Positions 54,504-64,000 of a DNA stretch of 64,000 nt are shown one piece after another. Where the stretch lies: positions 11,230,017 through 11,294,016 of the forward strand of contig CM082592.2 in assembly GCA_040954595.2 (NCBI GenBank), read 5' to 3'. Positions within the stretch are counted from its first letter, which is position 1; each line of letters opens with the position of its first letter. The notes beneath the pieces were generated by a model, which searched no databases, was not told the origin of the DNA, and saw only the letters and a list, made by a program, of their open reading frames with translations. The translations under genes were made by a program, and so were the position numbers. Source of the DNA: Balanoglossus misakiensis. Its lineage: Eukaryota; Animalia; Hemichordata.

Positions 54504-55471
54504 GCTGAACTATTCTGAACACACATGGGTGGACCGATGGATGACGTCACATACCGGCAAAGGGTTAAAATACCCGGATGTTATAGTGCGCCCTCATGTC
54601 AGCAATATCGTTTTTTTTGCTCAGAAAGTTCGTGGGGGAAATCTCTGTTTGGTTTTCATCTCCAACAGTGACACTTCTCCAAAATACATTTATATTAGCC
54701 TTGGTTACTGCCGCAGAAACCACTACCAGCAAAAAGATAACAAATGTCATGATTGGCACTGTAATTTTGTTTCAAAGATGTCACTCTCACAACGTGATTA
54801 TCAGACAAAAGTATGAGACAAAATCTTTATTTTATGACCAACCTTTATTTCTCATAATCATTGTCTTAAGTTGAGACACAGGCCCAAGCACAAAATATTA
54901 TAATTATTCCTTAACCAATTGAAAATGCATGATACAAACTAGTCACAGAAAAAGAATAGGGATGAACCAAATTCTGGCAGTAAAAAGACCATAGAGGTAA
55001 CTCTCAACAAGAAGACATAAAAATAACCAGAGAAGGTTGTTTGTATTTACTGTAAATTTTACATTTTCAGCTGCATTGGCATTTTTTAAAGCAATGGGAA
55101 TCAAAACCTCGTGATTCATTTACAAGTAAATGAATGTTTTTATCAGGGAATAATGTGTAAAATGGGGAAAAAATAATAAAGTTACGCGTAAATGTTACAA
55201 ACATCATATTCTTGCATTGATTTTGCAATACACTCATCAGAAACAAACAATACATACTATCCACAAAAGGATTAATTAATACAGCTATCAAAAATCTACA
55301 TGTAAATTCAACTGTATGGAATGTTCTGGAGGGATAGCATGGTTGTAATCTCAGGGGTTAAAGGAATTGTCCATATGGATATACTGGATATGTCATATCT
55401 TCATGACTTTTTATGATTTGGATGAAGGTTATGTATTACTAGTACTCAGAGTGGATCTTTGTGGACTTTGT

Positions 55472-58400
55472 TTAAAGTTTGCTAAGAGGTTTGTCAGTAT
55501 ATCCATCCATGACAAGCATTGTGTCCATACCAATACTCTTGTTGTCATAGTGACCGTTGCTTAGATTAGTCACCACTGGGCACAGGTCCTGTTCACACCA
55601 TCTGAGGAGAGAACAAATGCAAATATGGATGAATATTTGTGCAGTTTTTGAAAGGATTAGTCAAATCACAACCACTGAGAAAGCATAGTGTGCCACCACT
55701 TACTGCAGTAAGCTGACGCCCTCAATTGGTCATTTCTGTCAAAACTTTCCTTTTGTGAGAGACGGGGGAACACTAACCTCACAGCTGCCATGGAATCTTG
55801 TTCTGTGGCTTCATTCCACACGGCATGTTCCAACAGCAAAGATGCCATGTACGTCCTGGCAAGACTGAATGCAAAATCACGGGCTCCAACTTCAAGGAGA
55901 CCTGGGCTCTTCAAGGCCTCCCCCTGCAGGAATTTCACCAGTTTGTTGACACTAAGGCCTGTTGCCTGGCAACACTTCTGGATGTCCTGATTGGCTGATT
56001 TGGAAGCTGTGTCCAATTTCTTCTGGATGTCATTGAAGAGTGCTTGTATGACTTCACCTTGTGTTTTGGAAACTGCTCTCAGAACATCAAGAGATAGGAC
56101 ATTGGTGGTACCTTCCCAGATTGGTAACACCTATACATTCATAAGATTATCACAAAACAGTCAGATATTACTTGTAATACTTAAGTGTTAAAGTAGGCCT
56201 TCATCAGCTAGCTACAAACAATAGAATATGTTCACCTGTGCATCTCGAAACATTGCTGGTAGTCCTGTGTCTTCAATGTAACCCTGGCCACCAAAACACT
56301 CAAGTCCCTCGGAGGCAATGGACATGGCCTAAGAAGAAGAAATCAATACAGTACATGGAATTAGATATTGTTTGGTGATGTAATGTACTTTTGAATGACA
56401 CAATACAAATCAACAACTTAGCTTTATAGGAACATTGAATATACAAACCTGTTTAGCTGTGTAGAGTTTCATCAATGGTGTCACAATTCTAAGAAGAAGG
56501 CTATCATCTTCTGTTGCCATATTGCATTCCTCCAGTCCAAGTAACCGACTTGCTTCCATCAACAAAAGTAAACCTGCCCTTGTCTCAACCTGGTACAGAA
56601 ATACATCATGGGTGTAAGACATGATGATGCAAAATGTTGATGTAAACAGCTAGTGCTTTCTGTCTGCAAGACTGAAAAGTGAACGTCCCTCTCTAGAGGT
56701 CCAACTTTACCTCCATCCTTGCCATGGTCTGCATGTGCACTGGATGCTCGCAGATCAACTTTCCAAACACGGTTCTTCTGTGGCTGTAGTCTCTGGCCAA
56801 GTTCAGCATTCTGAAAGAATCATGAACAACTTGGATGATCTTATGTCCTATTGTATGTTTTAACATCAGTCTCAGTCCCTCTATCACTGTGACTTATACG
56901 GTAGTTACACCAACAGCTGTACAAGTGATCTTACGGTTTCTGAATTCTGTTCTACTTGGTATCAATGAAATTTTCTGTACCTTCTCATTCCTGATATAGC
57001 ACCGATTGTATTGTGCAGTCGTGTGATTGTTAACATATGGGAAATACTGGCTACACCCCTCCCAGGTTCTGATATCTATGAACAGAAACACATATTGTAA
57101 ACATTGAATATCAAAAGAAAGAAAGATAGCTTTAATCTGAAATAACCTGTGATCTATATTTTTATGACCAAAATATCACTTACAAGATGCGCTGTTGATC
57201 CATCTAACAGCAACTCAGCAGTGGGCACCTGTCTGGTTCCAAGTTTATTCTTCAATTTCTGTATATCAATTCCATTCAGTGATCCATCTGGATTTCTGGT
57301 TTCCATGAAGAACATGGAGATCCCCTTGGAACCCTGGAATTTGACCAGAAATTTTGGTGAAATTATATTATACGGATGTACATTCTGAACTGTATGAATG
57401 TTGTTAAACGTGTATAGACACAGTAATTACCGATGTGATCTGCTGGTTTTCATCCATGATTCTTGCGAGAGTAAACGTCATGTTGGAGTCTGTGGCCGAG
57501 GAAAACCACTTGTAACCATAGAGTTTGAATGTGCCATCTTCTTGAGGGACAGCGATGGTTTCTGTTCCTCCAGCTGTAACAACAATCCATCTCATGTTAT
57601 TGTGAAGTTCTTCATGAATACAAGATTTTTCTCAAGTTATTCTCATAATTGTCCTGTGCTGGGCCACAATCTATAAAACAAATGATGCAACCACAAGACT
57701 TGTTCCTGGAATAAACTTGAACAAAGTCAGGATATCTTACCAACATCAGAACCTCCTTTTCTTTCTGTCATCCACTGTCCTGAAGTCCAGAATTGTTTTG
57801 GATCCCTTGAAATCAATCTGGGGAATGCTTTCTCTTGAAGCAGTGCAGGACGATTATTCTTTGAAAAATCAGAGAATGACTTTGGTTACTCTGTTTGAAC
57901 CAGTGATGTACTTGATATGTTTTGTGACAGCCAAACAATTATCAACATGCACAATTCTGATGAGTATAAAATGCAAAACAATCATAACAGATATTTACCT
58001 CGTCAATCTTGTCAATAATTTGTGCGGCTCCATCAGTCATGGCAAGGGGACAGGAATACATACCAGATGATGGTGCAAATAAGTACATCTTGGCTATCTG
58101 GTACAAGCGACTGTCAGTTGAACACACACAAAAAACTAGATTAATGATGACACTAAATGAAAAGTAGTGGTTTTATTGTCACTTCTGCGAAAGTCTTGTC
58201 TTTTTGAAATATCTGAATCTGTAATAATAAGGCTTTGTTCAAAAATAACATGACAGCATATTATGTTCATGAAAACTTGCCTAGACTACATGTAGCTATA
58301 GTAGAATGTGTGCAGTCATGCATGCTGTTAGTTAAGTGTGTCAGAGAGCCCTAGACATACCTCCACGGTCCGTATTTCCTTTCATAAGCAATTGATATCA

Positions 58401-59281
58401 ATCCTTCCTCAGCTGAAATGTCATGTAATGATTTCCAGGCCTGGCATGTAATGAGTTCATCAATACGGTTACCCCAAGCATCATAATGTTGTACACTCGG
58501 TTGATTCAATTCACACTCTCTGCCAAGACGGTGGATGTCAGTGGCAACACGATGTCCAAACCGTTCCAAGTCTGGTGTGATCTGCTCCAGAATCTAAGAG
58601 ATCAGAAAAACAAAAGGAATGTTTCTAAATTCTTTTCACTTGGCAAATTTCTATTCGTGACATCATACCAGTAGTTAATAACATTATTGGAAGATTTTTA
58701 TTAATTGACCATCAGCAGATCTTGCATTAACCCGTTTTGTCAAAATGAATACAGTATATTACAATCATATACAAATATGCTAGGGCAGCGAGAGAGACTC
58801 ACAGACTTTGTCCCTTTACAAACCGGACTTTGGAATTTGTTTTGACTACAATATCTATAACTTGTGACTAATTATTGGTATCTTCATTATGTGTATCAGC
58901 CGTGGTCTCTTGGTTGACCCCTAAAGTAGGACTCAGTGTTCTGTATTTATCTTCCATAAGTAGGTCATGTGCACATTGTTATTGTTGAAAATGATTGATA
59001 ATTACCTCCTTCGGGATAACCCTCTTCAAATACCCCCTGAGCGGAACATCTCCAAGGTACTGGTTTTCCAGCTTTGGTTCTACCTGGAAGAAGTGTCCCC
59101 GTTTTGCCTTGGAGAAGGGAATCGCCGTCGCATTGTCCTCGGACTTTGGTCTATTTTGATTTTCGTCGAATGACGTTTCTTTTGCCGAGATCGTTGCTGC
59201 GCTGGTCTTCCATCTGATCTGCCCTGTGGTTTGTACTTGTACTTGTAGCCTTCGAAGGCGATGAACTTGAAGTCGATACAT
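55472..59281 (-). CDS. Acyl-CoA dehydrogenase of the AidB / C. elegans ACDH-11 type; exons 59281-59006, 58593-58361, 58110-57999, 57858-57741, 57573-57431, 57333-57184, 57075-56981, 56810-56711, 56589-56449, 56328-56236, 56130-55778, 55601-55472
   Basis: Motifs [97 protein letters not shown] and [14 protein letters not shown]. The protein ends in SKL. Confidence 0.92.
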
Positions 59282-59494
59282 GACCTCACCTCACCTCACA
59301 TCAACTAGTCAACAATCAGCAAGACTTCTCTAACTGAAGGTCACCTTTGGAATTGCTTATGCCGAGACCGGTGTTCGTTATGCAATGAACATGAAATAAA
59401 CACGTCACGTATTGAAGCGCCCTCCACACTGCGACGCGTCGTCCGACCACACCCAGCAACGGAGCAGTAGGTCATCTGAGGTCGTCTGTACAAG
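59282..59494. promoter_or_regulatory. Very compact bidirectional promoter between the acyl-CoA dehydrogenase and MRM3
   Basis: Only 213 bp separate the two divergent ATGs. CpG-rich, with a cacgtcacgt motif at 59401. Confidence 0.7.
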
Positions 59495-61406
59495 ATGTCT
59501 GCGCCCATGTGCGCACGTTTTATGGCAAGGGCCTCGGTGAATTTTTTACTTCAACAACGATACAGTGGTCAAGGTTCGGTATACCTCAGTATCATTCAAA
59601 ATAGGAACTACAGTAGGAGAGGGTTGAGAAGGAAACCAGTCAAAGTGATCTTTCCTAAGGACGAAACTGACATTGACGAAGTGCCAACTCGGAAACCAAG
59701 TTTTGAAACCACAACACCGCCTCGATTCAGAGATGGAGAACACGCTCGATTTGATCGATCAGGTATTTTACATGATGAAGACGAAACCTTAGCGAAATTG
59801 AAGTACGAGAGAGTCGGACCTGACGATAAGCGAGTAAGGTAGGTCACTCTGCATACCACCTGAATTGAAGCTTGATCAAGCCTTTAGGGGTCACGTAAGG
59901 TCATGTCAATTAAATGGTGAACTGCACCAATCAGCTGTAGTAAAGATTGTCTCATACATATCCACATTTGTACACATTCAATGAGAAGGATCTTACTGGT
60001 AATTGTGCAACCGATTATTATAAAACCATGTAAATAAATGTTGATGTCATTTTTTTTCTGAGCAGGAGAGTGTTGACATTGATGAGGTCACGGAAATATA
60101 GAGAACAGACCAAGAAGGTTTTGCTGGAAGGTAGACGACTCATTACAGATGCCATACTTGCTGGTGGAGAGTGCAACACCATCTATTTCAGCAGGGCTGA
60201 AAATTTGGAAGGTATACCCTGGCATGACACAGAGGCAGAGTTTCTCAAGATCCCTTTCAAAGAAATTAAGCTATGGTCTGATGTGATCACACCGCAAGGA
60301 ATCTTGGGTAAGGAGAGTCCCGGCCCCATTTCTGTACACTAATGACACCGACTATGAATATGCTTTATCTGGGAAACTGTCAAAGCTGACAACTAAAGAT
60401 TGTGCAACCAGACTATAATGACTAACACCATGTTTAACTTTTTTACTGCCCATTAGCTGTGTTTTCCATGCCAAGCTTCAAGTACTTTCTGTATGAAGCA
60501 TCAGCAGAAACAATCCCACTTACTGTGATCTGTGACAACATCAGAGAACCTGGAAATCTTGGAGCTCTTCTCAGATCAGCTGTGGCTGCTGGTTGCCAGA
60601 ATATTCTGATCACCAAAGGTAATGCCATAAAGTGATCACTTTAGAATTGCAAAGTTTGCCTTCAGTCTCCTGTTAATTTTACATAAATATGTACCTGTTG
60701 TGTACATCAAAACAGCCGACAACTACAGGTTCCTCTGATTTCAAATTTCATTTTGGTCCTAAACAGTGGCACTGGGCTCACATCTGTCAAGTCTGACAGT
60801 ATTGACTGATGTAATCTTACAATATGCTTCTGTACCTTTCTGTTTAATGTGTGAATGTTTCTTTTTGGTGTGTTCTCAGGTTGTGTTGACCTATGGGATC
60901 TCAAAGTTCTCCGAGCAGCGGCAGGGGCCCATTTCAGGGCACCAATACACAATAACCTGACATGGGAAAGTGTGAAGAACTACTTTGATGAGGAGACTAT
61001 TGTGAATGTGGCTGACTGTAGGACATCCGTAGCAATAGAAGAAATGATGGATGATGCAGAGTCTGGGAAAAGTAGAGCGCCATTGAATCTGAGAAAATTG
61101 ATGAAAGCACTACCAGAAGAAGAAGGTCAGGAGACAGCCACAGATTTGGAGGAGCAGTTAGTGCATATACCATCTGAAAATTTCTGTGATGTGAACTGGA
61201 GAAGGAATTCAGCCATCGTCATTGGTGGTGAATCACATGGACTGAGCCAACAGGCAGTTGAATTGTGTGATGAGACGTATGGTTGTAAAGTGCATATACC
61301 AATGACAAGGGGAATGGACAGTTTGAATTCAGCCATGGCCACAAGCATTATTGCCTTTGAAGCAAAGAGACAATGGATGAACCATCTTGCTAATATTAAC
61401 AAATGA
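59495..61406 (+). CDS. MRM3: Mitochondrial rRNA 2'-O-methyltransferase 3 (SpoU/TrmH family); exons 59495-59838, 60066-60307, 60457-60618, 60880-61406
   Basis: Arg-rich presequence, SRKYREQTKKVLLEGRRLITDA, WSDVITPQGILAVF, ICDNIREPGNLGALLRSA, GCVDLWDLKVLRAAAGAHF, VIGGESHGLS and IPMTRGMDSLNSAMATSI. Confidence 0.93.
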
Positions 61407-61717
61407 ACCAGCATGGTGTCACAATTCAGCAAGTTTGGAGAAGTATGATGTCTTGGCTTTGTCTTGGTCATAACAATCAATCAGAGACGCACTTTCTCAA
61501 GCTTTAACTCAAACTGCTGGTTATATAACATAACCACACAAAGCCACTAATATGTTGTATCTTTATTTCTTCAGTAGGTTGAGAAATAAATGAATGTTTA
61601 CAATACCAAGCTGTTCGTTTCATTCACTACTCATATTCTGGTACCGGTATATTCTATATAACAGGATGACAGTACTACACTACACTATGGTTTCATGGTA
61701 TCTGAGAGAATCTTTGC

Positions 61718-64000
61718 TAGTCCCATATTCCACTTGAAGCAATGGCAATTGCATTCTCTTCACCAACTACTCTGTAATTGAACGTCCACATGGGATCGGT
61801 AAAGGCCACTGTAAGATAAGGTAAATGCAGACACAGGTTAGTGTATGAAGCAACATTTCAATCAATGATACTAGTACACAGGCCTGATCTGGACTTGCCT
61901 CTGCTGATAGATAATGTATGAGGTATGAGTATGATTTCCCAAAACGGGAAAACACTAATTAAAGATCATAATATCACTTAATACTCACAAATTTCTCCTG
62001 GGTTGAGAACAGTCGTCAACTCAGAACACATCCGCTGACAGACTGTATGTGGGGTCAGTTTGATCTCATACTGACCTTTCACCTGAGCAAACCAGCTCAT
62101 CGATGCATCGGTACTAATTGTCTGCATAGAATATAAAATGAAAAAATTAAATATTAAACACGGAAATGGTCAAATTTGCACAGAGTTTTAGAGAGATAGG
62201 GTATAGAAAGTGGAACATATTTGATTTAGGGAGTACTGGTTAAACTTACATATTCGTCTTGATCAGGTTCTTTCTCCTCATCTTTCTTTACTCCGGAGTC
62301 AATAAACAGCCAGTTTACAAAAAACATTTCCACCATGGGTGGTACGAAGTATGGCCTTGAGTAGAAACTGCGGATGATCTTGATAGATGGGTCCTTACAG
62401 TTTTGCCATCTCATGTGCCATTGAGTGAGATTGCCATTCTCTATCTCACGCAGTGTGGATTTCAGATCCGCATTCGGCTCAGAGCTGAGAAAGCCACAGA
62501 TTTGTGACGAGTCCATCGCTGGATCTGCTAGATACAGCTGGAACAAAGCAAATTTGTTGTATACTATAAACTAGATTAGTGGTAGTGAAATTACAGCTCC
62601 CCATAACATAGAGGATTAGGATGGAACAGAGGTTGATGGACACATTCATAATAGCGAGAGAGTGTGCTTTTTTCCCTTTCACCCCCTTTCCCACTGTAGA
62701 GATCCAACTTTACCAAAGAAAACATTGCATTTTGAACAAACCATGGTGGTGAAAGGGTCAGTGAATGGATGTGTACCACAATGCAATCACTCAGCCAGTT
62801 CTACCTTTGCTAAGAAATTTGTATCAAATTCCTTGAGTGCCTTCCAGTTGGTCATTGCATCAGTGACCACGACAGGAACATGGATGTACAGGTAATCAGC
62901 GGCCATCTTGTCAGTTGATACTTTGTTGATTTTCTCTATCTTAACTAGGCCTTCACAACCCTGCAAAGAAAAAGTCTTTAGTTATGAGATGCTTGACCAA
63001 TCTAGAGTTGTCTGGACCAAAATATGAGAAAGTTTAAGACTTTGATATTCGGGGTGCATGCAGGCTTCTACTGTATCTGATGTCAAACTTTGCTTTGAAG
63101 ATTGATCTTACCTCGCAGTCAGATTCCTGCAAAGAACCAGGGTCAAAGTAGGGATTTTCAATTAGACAGTCATCAACAAACAAGTGGGTCCAGTCCCAGT
63201 ATGGCAAAGTCTGTGAAGGATGAAGCACAGATTGAAACACTGAATTCTATTCAGTCAGTGTCAACCAGGATATGCAGAATTTATTTTAAGCAATTATGGA
63301 TTTTACAACATGCAGTAGACTCTTGGAGTTGCAACAAACTGTAGGAGAAAACTGCTGATAATGATGTACTGTGTAGTGTACCACTCTTTAATTTGCTAAT
63401 ACTTCTTCTGACTGCCTTTGATTATCATGCCCAAAGACACCTCGCTTGACACTTGCCAGGGATGTGGAAAAATGGATGACCTGAGTCCTAGGAGATACAA
63501 AATTGTCATTGTCCCATTGACTTTTGATAAAATGTAGACTCTTGACCTCACATACACAGATGTCAGATAAGATATCTAGCATCATTATTTACACTGAGCT
63601 CAGTACAATTATAGTATTTTTTGTCATCAATATGGTACAAAATATTGAATGTTGACCCCCAAAACTTGTACAATTGGTACCCTTTACTCACCTTCAGTTC
63701 CGCATACCGTGCATGGATCTTGATCAAATTATGTGCCGGGTCGTAGTTGTATGAGAAAACCAGGAGAGTGACAAACAAAACCAATTTCAAAGCCAAACCT
63801 TTCCACTTCCTACGGTTAGAATCTTTGAGGAAATCAAGGACTGGACTGGCGCAACTTTCGATTTCAGTCTCACTGTAACCAGATTGTAAACAAAAATCAC
63901 GAAGAAGCCGGATTTCATCGTCGATGATTTTCAATTTGTCTTCTAACGGTAGTTTCTTCTGTTCATCAGTTACATCTGCAATTTGTGGAAGATCAGTAAG
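61718..64000 (-). CDS. C6orf89/BRAP-like membrane-anchored protein with a cupin/JmjC-like luminal region; exons >64000-63692, 63210-63112, 62960-62805, 62537-62250, 62121-61989, 61808-61718; start codon is outside the window
   Basis: Single hydrophobic segment (LALKLVLFVTLLVFSY), then LPYWDWT..CLIENP..DCEGC, PVVVTDAM, WQNC..RSFYSRPYFVP, WFAQVKG..C..C and GEI..W. Family assignment is from memory of the motif pattern. Confidence 0.7.
62673..62759. mobile_element. MITE family A full-length diverged copy
   Basis: Begins ccctttcacc and ends ccatggtggtgaaagggt. Similar length and internal sequence to 2716-2804. Confidence 0.65.

Noticed and set aside
54343-54816. 157-aa plus-strand ORF
   Set aside because: It is antisense to PITP exon 1 and its promoter, starts at TTG, and has no recognisable domain.

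Overview
AT-rich, gene-dense eukaryotic genomic DNA with short spliceosomal introns. It looks like a marine invertebrate, probably a non-vertebrate deuterostome; that is inferred from protein similarity and gene order and is not proven. No prokaryotic features, CRISPR arrays or rRNA genes were seen. Eleven multi-exon genes can be reconstructed by hand: UNC119 (+, 5' end outside the window), PHKG (-), KMT5A/SETD8 (-), RILPL (+), TMED2 (-), SBNO/strawberry notch (+), a divergent PHGDH-like dehydrogenase (-), class I PITP (-), an AidB/ACDH-11-like acyl-CoA dehydrogenase (-), MRM3 (+) and a C6orf89-like gene (-, 5' end outside the window). The main observations are as follows. (1) Two independent tandem-duplicated, probably mutually exclusive exon pairs: 2 x 108 nt in TMED2 (coiled-coil) and 2 x 96 nt in PITP (WW versus WR membrane-docking motif), each with an intron layout that would sterically block joining. 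(2) A PHGDH paralogue lacking several phosphate-binding basic residues. (3) An acyl-CoA dehydrogenase with both a mitochondrial-type presequence and a C-terminal SKL. (4) A U12-type intron in SBNO and a GC-AG intron in RILPL. (5) Microsynteny with human 12q24.31/17p13.3. (6) Several MITE/SINE/THAP relics. Exon coordinates were read by eye and may be off by a base or two.
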